Shown: positions 28,174-42,488 of the stretch, piece by piece
Layout of the letters: every line of letters starts with the position of its first letter
Position numbering within the stretch: position 1 is the stretch's first letter
Assembly: GCA_964016885.1 (NCBI GenBank)
Contig: OZ024743.1
Span: 69,998,001-70,062,000, forward strand
Reading direction: 5' to 3'
From: Eledone cirrhosa
Lineage: Eukaryota
DNA length: 64,000 bases
Made by a program: the position numbers and the translations under genes
The notes under the pieces: generated by a model
What the model saw: only the letters and a program-made list of their open reading frames with translations
Told to the model about the DNA's origin: nothing
The model's database searches: none

Positions 28174-28283
28174 CCCGCTGATGAAGCCGCATAAGCCGAT
28201 TGTGCATTGTTGCATAAGGTATGCAGACAGATGGTGCAATGCACCTTACTGCTGCATTAATGCGGCAGAAACTCGAGTCCGGG
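28174..28283 (+). ncRNA. type I hammerhead ribozyme with extended stem II
   Basis: CCCG-CTGATGA-A-GCCGCAT...ATGCGGC-A-GAAA-CTCGAG-TC-CGGG; GUC cleavage triplet ending at 28279. Confidence 0.8.
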
Positions 28284-29102
28284 CACCTTATAGGCACCCG
28301 TTTTACGTGTGCTGTGTTGAGGCAAATAACTATGTGTATATTCTGGTAATGTATCTTACATTGCCCATTGAGTGCGCTGAGATACAACTGGTACTGGCAT
28401 TGATAAATATGCTGGGTCCGGCAACCCTTATTATATATATATACATATATATAACGGAATTATTGTTTCCTCGGTCATATTTGACGAAAATCGATCGACT
28501 GTCGATATATGTATGTATATATACATACATATATGTATATATATATATATGTATATATATATATTTTTTTTTCTCTCCTGTTTTCACCTCTCAACACATG
28601 ATAAGAATGGGCTCTTTAGTCGAGTTAATCACCGACAACTTTGCCACGATAAATTGTACCGGTTTCACTCTTGCATTGGTGGCCCCAGGAAGAGCATTCA
28701 GTTAGTATATCAGTTACATCATGTCAAACTTCCTGGTTCTGGTACTACGAAAAATACACCCAGTACACTCTATCAAATGGGTTGGTGGTAGAAAATGTGT
28801 TTAGTCATGGAAAACATGTCAAAACTAGAACGTAAGCAAATGAAATATTGGCTTCAAATGAAGAACCATACATTCTATTTGCGCATAGAAAAGCGAACGT
28901 TAAATTATGAAGATGAGGATATAATCATGAATAAATAAATAAATATATTGTTGTTGATATTATTTTTTCTTTGCATTAGGGTTTTTTTCAAAATCCCAAG
29001 AAACAGACGAGTTCTATTTAGTCACATACGGCGTAAGCACATGTTACTACCTAATTTTCAAATTAGCCAGCTGTTTCTAAACAAAGCCTGCTTTGGGTCC
29101 CC

Positions 29103-29164
<62 letters not shown>

Positions 29165-29554
29165 AAATAAATATTTACATATATATTCCTATATATATAT
29201 ATATTCATATTTTTTAACAGCAATTGGCTGCTTTAACGTCTGTTATACAACTGTGTTTCCTCATGTTATATGTATTCAAATATACTCTCGCGTCATCTCG
29301 ATCTGAGACAACAATGTTTATATATATATATATTTGTGTGCGTGTGCGTGTGCGTGCGTGCGTGCGTGCGTGCGTGTCGATTGAAAAATAATTTCTTGAG
29401 TAGAGACTGTTAGTAGTATAACTAAGACTATGCTAGTCGATACATCGATCTTCCACGTTCAATCGACTCTCTGAAACGATCGTAAATCAATGAACTAATT
29501 AAGTACCTAATTCTGGTTTCTGTCCTTTTTATTTTTCATTGTTCTATGCACAAA

Positions 29555-29945
29555 CACACACACACACATATGTCCATATATATATATATATATGGATATT
29601 CACTGGAATTTTCTCATTGCTTTATGCTTTACACCAATATACCCCAACTCACTATCTCTGTTCCTCCACTCTTCACTTCTCACCATCTCCGTTTCAAATT
29701 CAATTTCTCTCTCACGCCGGTACCCTCTCTAGTTTCCTTCCCCATTTTACACTTCGTTTCTTCCAATGTCCACCCCTCTTTCTATTTCTTTTTTAATTGT
29801 TCATTCTATTTCCTGGTGAAGGATTTGCGCCCGAAACGTGAAGACTCTTTTTCTACTATATCAAGCGTAAAACTAATATATTTCTCCATTGTACTTTGTC
29901 GTTTGCTTTGTTATATGAGTTTACCTTTTGTATACATGTATAAAT
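29555..29945 (+). mobile_element. PLE (Neptune-like) 3' repeat remnant with decayed hammerhead
   Basis: Pyrimidine-rich tract, then CCTGGTGAAGGATTTGCGCCCGAAACGT at about 29813-29840 (one change from CTGATGA...GAAA). Similar layout at 18620-19505. Confidence 0.5.
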
Positions 29946-29965
29946 AAATATCTATCTATCTATCT

Positions 29966-30186
29966 AATAAGGAAGCACCTTCTCTCTGTGCTCCTGAGGA
30001 GAAGGGTTGCACACTTTTTTTGGGGGGTGGGGGGTGGGGGGCAACCCCCCCAAAACGCCTCCTCCCTATTGAGGACTTTATTGTTAATTTTATATTTGCT
30101 ATTGTTTTTTTTTACTCGTTTTTGTGTAAACTCCCCCCTTTGTATTTGTCCCCTTCTTTTGCGCCCACGTGGCAATAAATAGAAAC
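29966..30186 (+). mobile_element. Tx1-like LINE, 3' UTR-only copy between (TATC)n tracts
   Basis: Homologous to 33066-33300; ends GGCAATAAATAGAAACA then (TATC)n. Confidence 0.8.
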
Positions 30187-30187
30187 A

Positions 30188-30232
<45 letters not shown>

Positions 30233-30816
30233 GTGGGGCTATGTAGAACGACTATTGTCGCGGGTGGGACCAATCCGGTTGACCACCGAGTCCATTGTCA
30301 TGATCAAGCCGCCACCCTCCTTCAGAAACGAAGGAGAGGCGGTTTTCCTTTGTGTGATAGCTATGGCGAAAGAGGTTGTATGGTGGACAATGTTGAAAGG
30401 ACTGAGGTCAGACACCTTTCTCTCCGGCCAACAACTGATTCTTTTTTTCAAATACCACTTTGGAAGAAGAATCAGGATGGAGAGAGAGGTGCTGTACCCC
30501 AGCAAGTTTTATGAAAGGTGGGTGAAAGTGGCGAGAATGGCCCGAGTGAATGGGCCTTCTCTCTATATCAGCCTGTAGGTTGAGGAAAAGGAGGAGGAGA
30601 GGAAAGGAGTACAAATTCTTCGTACTCCTGGAGATGAGGGTTTCACATTTTGTCGGGGGTATGTGTTACCCATATGAACTGTCTCCCCCTATTGGGGAAA
30701 ATCGACTAATTTTTTAAATTGCATTTGTGATAACATTTTACACGTTTTTATTGTATGTAAACTTCCCTCTTTGTATTTGTCCCCTTCTTTTGTGCTCCTG
30801 TGGCTAATAAAGAAAC
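30233..30816 (+). mobile_element. Tx1-like LINE, 5'-truncated copy (ORF2 end plus 3' UTR)
   Basis: ORF 30255-30578 is nearly identical to the C-terminus of ORF 32464-33045; ends GGCTAATAAAGAAACA then TATCTATCT. Confidence 0.9.
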
Positions 30817-30826
30817 ATATCTATCT

Positions 30827-33306
30827 AAGGGGTGGGGAACCGGTTGGGGATGTGGACTTCGGTCCATACCTCGACAGCCTGCCGCGTCTCTCGGACAGGG
30901 AGGCGAAGTCCTGCGACGAGCCGATTTCAGCCGCTGAGATAGAGGACGTGCTGAGCCAATACGGCAAACGCAAATCCCCGGTTCTCGATGGTCTTCCATA
31001 CGAACAGTATCTAGCTATGCCGGACTTGTTCCCCGATCTCCTCGAGGCGGTCTACTGCAACTGGCAACAAAACGGGAGAATTCCCTGTGCTGTGACCAAG
31101 GGCGTAGTCACGCTAGTGAGGAAGGACGAGAACAAGGGGGACGATATAAATAACTTCAGGTCCATAACTCTGCTGAACACAGAGTTACAGATTTGGGCCA
31201 AAGTGCTAGCAAAGAGGTTGGCGCTTGTCGTGGGCAACCTGGTGGGAGATGCGCAGACATGTGCTATCCCGTCCAGGTCCATCCACGACAACCTCCACCT
31301 CATGCGATACATCATAGAGAAGGTTGGGAACGAACCCGGCTTTTGTGGGGCCCTGATCAACTTGGATCAATCTAAGGCGTTCGATAGGGTTGACCATGGT
31401 TATCTGGATGCGGTGCTAGCGGCGGCAGGCTTCGGACCGTTTTCAGGGGCTGGATCAATGTCATGCACAGCAGCCGCATCTGCTCTAAGGTCAAGGTGAA
31501 CCAGCTACCTCTCGGAGCCGTTCGAAATCGCGCGGTCTATCCGACAAGGGTGCCCTCTCTCATCCCTTCTGTATGTAATGACTCTAGAGCCACTGCTGCG
31601 GAAGTTGGAGTTGTTGCAGGGCATTCCGTTGGAACCGGGATTGCAGGAAAGCGGTGTCGGCCTACGCCGACGACGTAACAGTAATGGTGTCGACGGCCTC
31701 GGAAATCCGGGCGATCGGCACCTTACTGGAAGAGTACGAAAGGTTTACAGGGGCTAAGCTGAACCGGGACAAGTCGATCGGTCTGCAACTCGGCACGTGG
31801 AGGGGCACATCGATGCCCTCCGATGGCGTCGTCGGGCGCTGGACGGAGGGCCCGGTGAAGTTGCTCGGGGTCTGGTTCGGACCAGACCTCCAGGTGGAGA
31901 AGAAATGGGGTGAGGTAATGAACAGGGTGTTTGCACTGACCCAGAAGTGGGCCGAGTGCAAACTGTCCCTGAAAGGTCGGGCGGAGGTGGCGAACACTTA
32001 TATAGCGTCCGTCATCTACAACCGCCTGACCGTTGTGTCTTGCCCAAGGGAAACGCTCGCAAAAATGGAGTGGGCACACTTCCAATTCCTTTGGAAGAAG
32101 CGGGCTCCTATGGTGAGGATATCCATCTGCTGTCAACACCCTTCGAAAGGAGGGCTGGGGATGCCGTGGCTAATGATACGTAAACACGCATTAAGGCTAT
32201 GGCACCTCCAGGTATTCCTCACCGCTCAACCGGTGTGGGCCCCGTTTGCGAGGCGAGCCTTTCCCAGACTCGTCTCACTCACCGTGCTGCAATCCTGGGT
32301 CAAGCAAAGACCGAGAAAACTGGGCGCCTGGCACACCGAGTGTTCCCAGGCGCTCACGGCTCTCTGGCAGGCGGACCCGGCTGTCAGTGGATAATCCACC
32401 TCGTCATTCTATAGAGGGCTGGTAGTTAGCAGGTGCGACGACGCCCTTGGAGAAGCCCTAGGCATGGAGGAAGACGAAGTGGCCAACCTGTTCGGTAGGA
32501 CTTTCAGCCCGGGACCCATGGATAACTTCCAGAGATCCCTGGCCTGGCAGTGCTACCGAGGGGCTCTGCCCGTTCGAGAAAGGCTCTACAGACACGGGCG
32601 CCCGGGTAGGGACCCCTCGAAAAAGATCTGTCCCAGATGCGTGTGCGACGAGGAAACCGTTGCACACGCTTTGGTACACTGCTCGGGCATTGCCGATCTG
32701 TGGGGCGATGTCGAACAACTGCTGTCAAGGGTGGGACCGATCCGGTTGACCACCGAGTCTATTGTAACGATCAAGCCGCCTCCCCTCTTCAAAAACGAAG
32801 GAGAAGCGGTGTTTCTGTGCGTAAAAGCCATGGCGAAAGAGGTTGTATGGTGGACGCGTCTGAAAGGACTGAGGTCAGACACCTTTCTCTCTGGCCAACA
32901 ACTTGTCCGTTTCTTCCGATATCATTTCGGAAGAAGGATCAGGATGGAGAGAGAGGTGCTGTACCCCAGCCGTTTTTATGAAAGATGGTTGAAAGTGGCG
33001 AGAATGGCCCGTGTGAATGGGCCTTCACTCTACATCAGACTATAGGTGAGGAAGATGAAAGACCAAGGGAGCACCCCCTCTCTGTGCTCCCGAGGAGAAG
33101 GGTTGCACACTTTTTTTCGGGGGTGTGTGTGACCCCCCAAGGCGCCTCCTACCTATTGAGGATTTTGTTATAAAATTTATTTTATTTTATTTTTATACTT
33201 TTATATCATTTTATTGCCTCCTCCATATTGAGGACGCCTTTGCATGTAAACTCCCCCATTTGCACTTGTTCCACTTTTGATGCCCTGGTGGCAAATAAAA
33301 AGAAAG
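30827..33306 (+). mobile_element. Tx1/L1-like LINE ORF2 (RT and CCHC zinc finger), 5'-truncated and frameshifted
   Basis: Motifs KSPVLDGLPYE, NFRSITLLNTE, LDQSKAFDRVDH, RQGCPLS, AYADDVTV, KLLGVWF, GGLG and CPRC..EETVAHALVHC; AATAAA then (TATC)n. Confidence 0.93.
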
Positions 33307-33365
<59 letters not shown>

Positions 33366-34002
33366 GCGCCTTTGTGGAAAATAAAGAAATATATAAGAAC
33401 GAAGTGGAGACGTTACATTAAGAAATTTACTGAAATTTTGCCCGTATATATATATGTGTGTGTGTGTGTGTATGTGTGTGTGTGTGTGTCTGTCTGTCTG
33501 TGAGTAAGTGATTACATTTGAATGGAAATACACAAATTGTACACATACTTGAAACTTAAACTCTGTATTTTCTGAATTCCTTGCTTTGTTTTTGTGTGAC
33601 CTTCATTTACGTAACCCCAGCACTTAAGACAACGTCTGTATCTCACAAACATTTGTTAATATGTAAGTTATGAATGATTACTGTTTAGTATATCAAGTTC
33701 TGGTTAATGGAAATCAAGGCTCGTAAACCTTGGATCTTCAAGGAGACCTTGGACCATTTATTGCGTGGTTTGAAGTATCACGAGTCTCATTGAGAATGTA
33801 AGGCAAATGTTGAAGTTCTAAAAATCTCTCAGAAGGAATAATATAGGCGGAAACACACACGATTCTTTGGTCACTCATGATGCAGCGTATCGTTATCAAA
33901 TATGCATATGATAGCAGCCATCATAAGCATATATGTATGTGAGTGAGTTTATGTGTGTGTGTGAGAGTGAGTGTGTGTGCATGTATGAGTATATGTGTGT
34001 AA

Positions 34003-34036
<34 letters not shown>

Positions 34037-34170
34037 GTTTAACAAGGTTCAATGAATTCATCAATGAAGGAAGTTTCACAATAGATTAGAAGGACTCTAC
34101 AGTTAGGTTTTCTGGAGTTATTAATATTACTTCAAAATATTAATAAATATAGCCATTCATGTATATAATG

Positions 34171-34204
<34 letters not shown>

Positions 34205-34271
34205 ATTATATATATATATATTTATCCTTATCGAGCCCTCTTTAAATTTTCGTCTTCACATTTATTATTAT

Positions 34272-34328
<57 letters not shown>

Positions 34329-34662
34329 TATATAATTTACGCCTTTCGTTTAGACATTTTTCCTGGTCATAGACCCCCGACCAAATGAATTAGATGTCGA
34401 GGTCAGTCTGAAGGTAAATGCCACGTTTAGTTGAATTATACACACACAATATATACACACAAGCACACACATACACGCAGTACATACATACTCACATGCA
34501 TACATACATAATTATATGTATACATACCTATATACATCCATACATACGTACATACATTCATACACACTTATATACATACATATATACTTACATATATACT
34601 CACGTACATCCATACTTATATACGTACATATATATATATATATATATAAATATGTATATATG

Positions 34663-34700
<38 letters not shown>

Positions 34701-35084
34701 TACATACATACATATATAGAGGGAGGTAGAAAGAGAGAGAGAGAGAGAGGGAGCTAGAGAGATAAAGTGTCCGTGGTTGTGTGAAGTGTGTGTATGTGTG
34801 TGTATGTGTGTATGTGTGTGTTCGTGGGGTGGGGGTCTTCTATAATTCCATTATGCTTTAGTTTTAACGATAACGACCCCAAACCTATATAGACGTATCC
34901 ATACATATATATAAGTACAGGCACATGTATACGCATGAACACATACATACATAGATGCAAACATACATATATAGATACATACATATATATGAACACAACC
35001 ATACATTCATACATATATGCACACACGTGTATACTTTCATGCTTAGATATATATATACGCTCATACACAACCACAAAAATATAC

Positions 35085-35161
<77 letters not shown>

Positions 35162-35614
35162 TACAAGATCAAAGAGTGGTATGGAAATTTGGAAATAGGT
35201 ATGAAGATCAATGGAGTATAGCAAATTATAGCTTGTTGTGAGACGTTAATGTGGTAACATTTGTCAGACTGAGCTATCGAACTATCGAACTATCGACTAC
35301 TATTTTATTGCTGTGTAAGACTTCGACTACCTACACATCCACCCGCCAACATACCTCGTAATTACTATTTTGCCAACCCGAAAGGTGTGTAATATAATAC
35401 AAGGTAGCAAATGAGTACAAGGAGAGCTATCATGGCGTTTTAGCAACTTCCGGGAATTAAGGCGGAGGGGAGAAAATCGCCCAGAAAAATATCCGCCGTT
35501 TAATGTGCATGTGTTTGCGTATATATGTGTATATGTGTGTGTGTGTGTCTGTGTGTATCTGTTAGTTTATGTATTGAGTGAATTGCGATGTTGTTCATGT
35601 TGTTGAAGTATGTG

Positions 35615-35647
<33 letters not shown>

Positions 35648-36429
35648 GGAAACACACATACACAAAGATAATCACACACAGACACACAACACACACAAAC
35701 ACACACACACACACATATAGAGAGAGAGAGATATATATTAATGCACCCTGTGTACTGCAGGTGATATTATTTTTTATGTTCAACATTTGTTGCTGCTATT
35801 TCTGTTGAAGTACTTGTTGTTGGTGGTGGTGGTGCTGCTGCTGCTGCTGCTGTTGTTGTTGTTGTTGTTGTTGTTGTTTTTTATAACTGATTTTCTACGG
35901 ATTTCCATTTTGCTATGTTTCATTGCTTTTTACTTCTTAAAATAATTATTACTTCCTTTTCTTTCTCTTTATTTATTTTTCTCTCTTGCAATTCTGGAAC
36001 AAAAACCAAAGCAGAACACATAGTAAAAGTACCCCCTCCCCTAACAACAACAACAATCACAACAATAACAACAGTAACAATAATGTAGCAAAAATCTGCA
36101 GGAGGAAAATAATAAGACTAAAAGAAGGAAACTTAAAAAAATTAAATAGAATAAAAAGACAGAAAGAGAATTCAAAGAATAAAATGCATTAAAAATGGAG
36201 AAGAAATTTATATATGAGAAAGGCAGCAGAATATTAAGAAAGCTGTGTATATTTAAGGAGAAAATTGAAGGAGTTATGGTTAGGATGAAAGAAAGGAGAA
36301 TAATAAAGGAGCAAAGCAGAGTAAAACAGAGTATGACGGAGATTATGGAGGGGGATATGATGGAGGGTAAGATGTGGAGTAATCTGGAGGGTAAGATGTG
36401 GAGTAATCTGGAGGGTAAAGAGAAAAAGA

Positions 36430-36490
<61 letters not shown>

Positions 36491-36548
36491 TACTACAACA
36501 GAGAAAATACTAATTTTATACACCTTAGTTAAAATATATAAATGTATG

Positions 36549-36628
<80 letters not shown>

Positions 36629-36664
36629 TATATATGTATATATACATACATATATATGTGTATA

Positions 36665-36746
<82 letters not shown>

Positions 36747-36870
36747 TCGAACGATTCATCAATATATAGATAGATAGATATATAGATAGATAGATAGACA
36801 GATATGCTAATTTCTAAGTTATCCGTGCGAGTTGCATGGCGACGTCTCGTTATAAATAGTTATAAGCAAT

Positions 36871-37380
36871 TAAAAGCACTCCACGTTGTTGTATATATCC
36901 AGCATTACGATGGTGATCAAAGTATAAGTTAACGTTTATGACAGATGTTATGGTCACAAAATTGTATTTATTGCATAATACGTATTTCATTGACACTAGT
37001 GTGCAGCCGTTATTCAATCACTACAGCAAGAACTGTCACCGGTGTGACATTATCGGATGTTATAACACTTATGAGAATTTAATATACTGCAGGGAATTGC
37101 TTCGATGTTTACTAGACTTTCGCAAACATGGAAGCGTTTATCAGCAGCACAGTAAATGTATCCAAATTTCTGTACACATTTGTGTTATCAACTGATGATG
37201 ACACGCCAGTGCCAATTCTTGTTGTATTGATTGCATAAAGGCTGTACCTTGGTATCACTGCAATATGTATTATGAAATAAATGTGATTATGTAATCATAT
37301 CATCTGTCTTAACGTTAATTAATACAATTAGACACGACATTGTAATACTGAATATATATGACAGACTTGGAGTGCTTTTA
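36871..37380. mobile_element. possible MITE with long imperfect terminal inverted repeats
   Basis: TAAAAGCACTCCA / TGGAGTGCTTTTA, and TTAACGTTTATGACAGATG / CATCTGTCTTAACGTTAA. Confidence 0.45.
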
Positions 37381-37683
37381 GCAGCATCAACTGTAATGGC
37401 ATGCAAGTGTGCATGTCCCGCCTAACCCACGTTTCTTACATAGGGTTTGCTAAGGTCATTGCCTGACTGATGAAACAATGAAACAGTTATATATTCATAT
37501 AGTATAGATATAGTTAGAAATAGCAATGGAAAATACAAATGAGTCGATCATGGGAGTAATTAAGAAAATACACCTCTACATCCATTGAATGTGTGTACAC
37601 TCCTAATGGATTATAATATATATTTATTAGATATTGGTTATGTCTGAGATTGTGAGCACTAAGCGTGAGTGGAAACTGAAGCC

Positions 37684-37868
37684 GGAAGTATCGGTAGAGG
37701 GTCGGACGCCATGTTATGACGCATAGAGTTACGGCCCTTGCAATTCTGAGTTCAAATTCTGCCGAGGTTAACTTTTAACTTTGCCTTTCATCCTTACGGG
37801 GTCGATAAAATAAAGTACCAGTAATGCACTGGATAATTGCTGGCCGTGAGCCAAAAGTAGAAACAATT
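37684..37868 (+). mobile_element. SINE family A
   Basis: AGTATCGGTAGAGGGTCGGAC, CTGAGTTCAAATTC, GGGGTCGATAAAATAAAGTACCAGT. Confidence 0.85.
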
Positions 37869-38178
37869 ACATCTACATTTGACACCGTTATCATTAGTTG
37901 AAGTTAACAGATCTGTAATCTCAGGATGTGAATGGGGAAATGGTAGATATAGCGCCTGACTATTCCTTCAAAAGAAATTGAAAGAAGAATTTCTCTCTGA
38001 GTTCCTAAGAATGACTCACATATAGAATGTATCTCAGACATTTTGCCCTAGTAGTATATTTTCATTCCATTTTTTTTTAAATTAATTGTCATTTGTTTAA
38101 TATTTGGAAATTGCCTGGACAACCATGTTTGGTAAGTTAGAAGATGTTGTTTGGCTGGCGAAATAGACAGGCATTCAG

Positions 38179-38209
<31 letters not shown>

Positions 38210-38241
38210 CATATATGTGAGTGTATATATTTATATATATA

Positions 38242-38276
<35 letters not shown>

Positions 38277-38284
38277 TTATATAT

Positions 38285-38333
<49 letters not shown>

Positions 38334-38342
38334 CACACAGAC

Positions 38343-38384
<42 letters not shown>

Positions 38385-38934
38385 ATGTGTGTGTGTGTAT
38401 TTATATACAACTAATATATCATTGTATTATATTCTTTACCTGTACCACACACACATATATATATGTTTCTAAATGTGTGCGTGTGAGTGTGTTTGTGTAT
38501 GTGTGTGTGCACGGTGGTCTATAACATATATAGTAGACTTGAAGAACAAAAATAAGTTTCTTGGACTTGGACCGAGTATGTGATCTAGTAAATAAGGTGG
38601 TGCCCTAACTTGGTCGCAGTCTAATGACTGAAACCAGTAAAAGCATAAAGAGTTTTTTTAAAATAATAAGGTAGATGTTACGTTCCTGGTAATGCCAGTG
38701 GATGGAATCGATCTGGCCTTGTTTAAACAGCTAGATTAGTAGTATACATTATAAAACGATGTAGCTTTTAATGTTACTTCCTTAGTGGATAGGTATAATT
38801 AGCCTCAGTAAACCAATGTGGAATTAATCAAAGAACCTATCGTATCCTTTGCACAAAATCTATAATGTCCATGACACATAAAATAATGAAGTAAATGCAC
38901 ACATATACAAAGATATATATAATGTATATATACA

Positions 38935-39330
<396 letters not shown>

Positions 39331-39883
39331 CACGCATATAATATAAATGAAATCAAACAAATAGTTCGGTGTTTGAAATCCTTATGGGAGGAAAATAGAT
39401 TGAGAATGATTCATGTATAATGGGATGAATGAATACGTGTGTGTATATGTGTATAAATATTATATGTATATGTGTATATGTTTGTGTGTATGTTTGTGTG
39501 CGTTTGTGTGTATGTCTATGCATGTACGTGCGTGTATGCGCATGTATGTGTATGTTTGGAGGGACTGATAATATTATAAGTAAATGTATTACTAGAGATT
39601 AACATATATTTTACGTGCTTCATTAATTCGTAGTACATTTACACACACAAAAACAGGAGCGAACGTGCACACACAAACACACACGCACACACATATATAT
39701 GTGTGTGCGTGTGTGTATGAGTATATATATATAAAATAAGGACATACAACGTTTAGATGATAAAGTCCTTCATTAATAAGACCGTGATACCCATATCGAC
39801 GGTGTCATTGGCTACGCGATTCGTCACTCCTTTGTGGAAAATGCACGTTGAGTTCTAGAATTGAATTACATCAATATTTTTAC

Positions 39884-39987
<104 letters not shown>

Positions 39988-40095
39988 TATATATATATAT
40001 ATGCAAAGGTTATATTTAATTTTTTGGAATTCAAGAAACTTAAAAGTTTTATAACTGATATAAAGCACTCAACAATGGAGTGGAGTAAATATTAA

Positions 40096-40273
40096 TTATA
40101 TTAATAAATGGAAACTATATTTATAAACCCATAATTATTTTATTATATATATTTCCAAGGCAACCAAGACAAATTTTGATGAAAGCACACCAAAATTTGC
40201 CTTGCTTGCCCTTGAAATATATATAATAAAATAATTATGGTTTTATAAATACAGTTTCCATTTATTAATATAA
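40096..40273. repeat. fold-back cassette next to (TA)n
   Basis: TTATATTAATAAATGGAAACT...CAAATTTTG / CAAAATTTG...AGTTTCCATTTATTAATATAA. Confidence 0.85.
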
Positions 40274-40283
40274 TGAATGTATG

Positions 40284-40314
<31 letters not shown>

Positions 40315-40976
40315 CATAAACTATATCCATAGAATCATTTGATAAAATATATACACTATTTCCTCTCCCAATTAACAATTAACCACATAAAAAAATCAAT
40401 TAGACCAGGCTATAAGAATAAAGGCTCCTATGAAGAAATATTTGATAAATAAACGAAAGCAGCTTCTTCGCGGCCGACCGCAATAGAATATTTACCCAAC
40501 ATTTCAACAGCATGTAGAAATCGACTAGATATACCGTCAACCAACCATACACAATTAGGTATAAATTTAAAATTAGAAGAAATGCGTACACTCCTGTCGT
40601 GATTATGTCCCTACCCGGAGTTTTGTTCGCGTTGTGAGATATCCTATTAAGGATAAATCTCGAGTATCGAACTCATCAGGAGACAAACTCATAGGACAGT
40701 TAATTTTCCTAAGCGATCCCTGCCAGAAATAGATTCAAAAATGGCTAAGAATCGTGACGTGGCAGTGGTCAAGTTAGAAAGAATGTGATTAGTTGCTTGC
40801 GGCGAGTGGGCTGGTTGATAGAAAGCGCAGCCCAATATTGCCCAAATTGCATCTCAACCTAATGGGAGATTATTAAATATAAAGATTTACATATACACAA
40901 AGTCACAGATATATATGTGGCAACCGTTCACGATGTAGCTCAATGAAGAATTAAATATATATATATATATATATGT

Positions 40977-42208
40977 ATTGTTATACTTGGGCATGGTGAT
41001 ATTGTAATAATATTGCCAGAAATAATAACAGAACACACTCACTGTTTGGTTGGTTTTCGCTTCTGTATCTTTTATATCTCCACAGTTAATTTATTTGGCA
41101 ATCAATGTTTATCATTGATTGAGTAACGGTTAACAATACAGATATAAAAGTATTATAATTGAATATAAAAGAAAAACAAACACAGATATATACATATATG
41201 TGTTCAAATCGTAAGGGACCAGATTTGCTAAGGTGAAAAGAATACTAACTATTGACAATAGGGTTTACCAGATCACTTCTATATTCGGCTCCGTTAATTT
41301 GTTGAGCTAATTCAAATGTCTGGCTGCTATTATTAGTGATGTTAGTTTGTGAGACACGCTAAGTTCAGATACCATGTGCGTTATTATATATACGCACACT
41401 ATTCAGTTTTTTAATATACTTAGAAGTAACCAAGCTACTAATTCTTCACCCACTGATGATCAAGAATCGGTATTCCTCTTCACAATTAATTTTGCGAAAC
41501 AGCATAGTCAAAGATGTCTGGGTGATTGGTAGTGGTAACTACCAATCACCCAGACAGCTTTGTATTTATTTTTTTAATGTATTCTTAAATTGAGTCTGGC
41601 AAACCCTATTGTCTATAGATAGTATTCTTTTCACCTTAGCGAATCTGATCCCTTACGATTTGAACACATATATGTATATAACTGTGTTTGTTTTTCTTTT
41701 ACATTCAATTATAATATGCGGCTCGGAAAAATATCTTTCTTAGAGCTAGTTTGTTGTAAGAGACTATTTTGAGTTTCTAACTCAATATATACTTTGATAT
41801 AAAAATATATATAGTCTCTATCAAATTTCTTTCGTCGCACATTTGCAACATTATCAGTGGTATTAATTATGTTTCCTCCTATTGTATTGTATTGTACTGT
41901 AATATCTACGCCATTTTGGCGTTGACATTACATAACAGTAACACTGATGATGTTGCAGATGTGCAACGAAAAAACTTTGATAGACTATATATATATATTT
42001 ATATCTGTATCTTTAACCGTTGGTCAATAAACATTGATTGCCAAATAAAATAAGTATGGAGATATAAAGATACAGATGCGAAAACCAATCAAACAGTGAG
42101 TGTGTTCTGTTATTATTTCTGGCAATATTATTACAACAATATGACACTCCACAAGTATAACAATATTTGTTTCGACACACGATTTCATATAAAAATCTTG
42201 CAAAACAA

Positions 42209-42210
<2 letters not shown>
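40977..42210. mobile_element. nested fold-back built from terminal repeats of the PLE family at 53.7 kb, with hammerheads
   Basis: Outer arms about 40977-41150 / 42000-42165; inner arms about 41155-41270 / 41600-41715; hairpin 41508-41562; CTGATGA-TGTTGCA-GATG-TGCAAC-GAAA at 41944-41971 and an inverted decayed copy at 41812-41860. Confidence 0.8.
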
Positions 42211-42304
<94 letters not shown>

Positions 42305-42419
42305 GTAAATGAGAGGTATAGAGATTGTTTTAGCAAGAAGCTAACGGCATTCTATAACATATATGCGACTATAACGTCAAGATGGGAAAAGTAGTTAACG
42401 AAATATATATATATATATA

Positions 42420-42484
<65 letters not shown>

Positions 42485-42488
<4 letters not shown>

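Noticed and set aside
37465-37490. Hammerhead CTGATGAAACAATGAAAC
   Set aside because: No credible stem II or stem I pairing.
40640-40690. Minus-strand CTGATGAG...CTCGAGA hammerhead
   Set aside because: The GAAA box is mutated and the stems are poor; it may be a decayed relic but cannot be supported.
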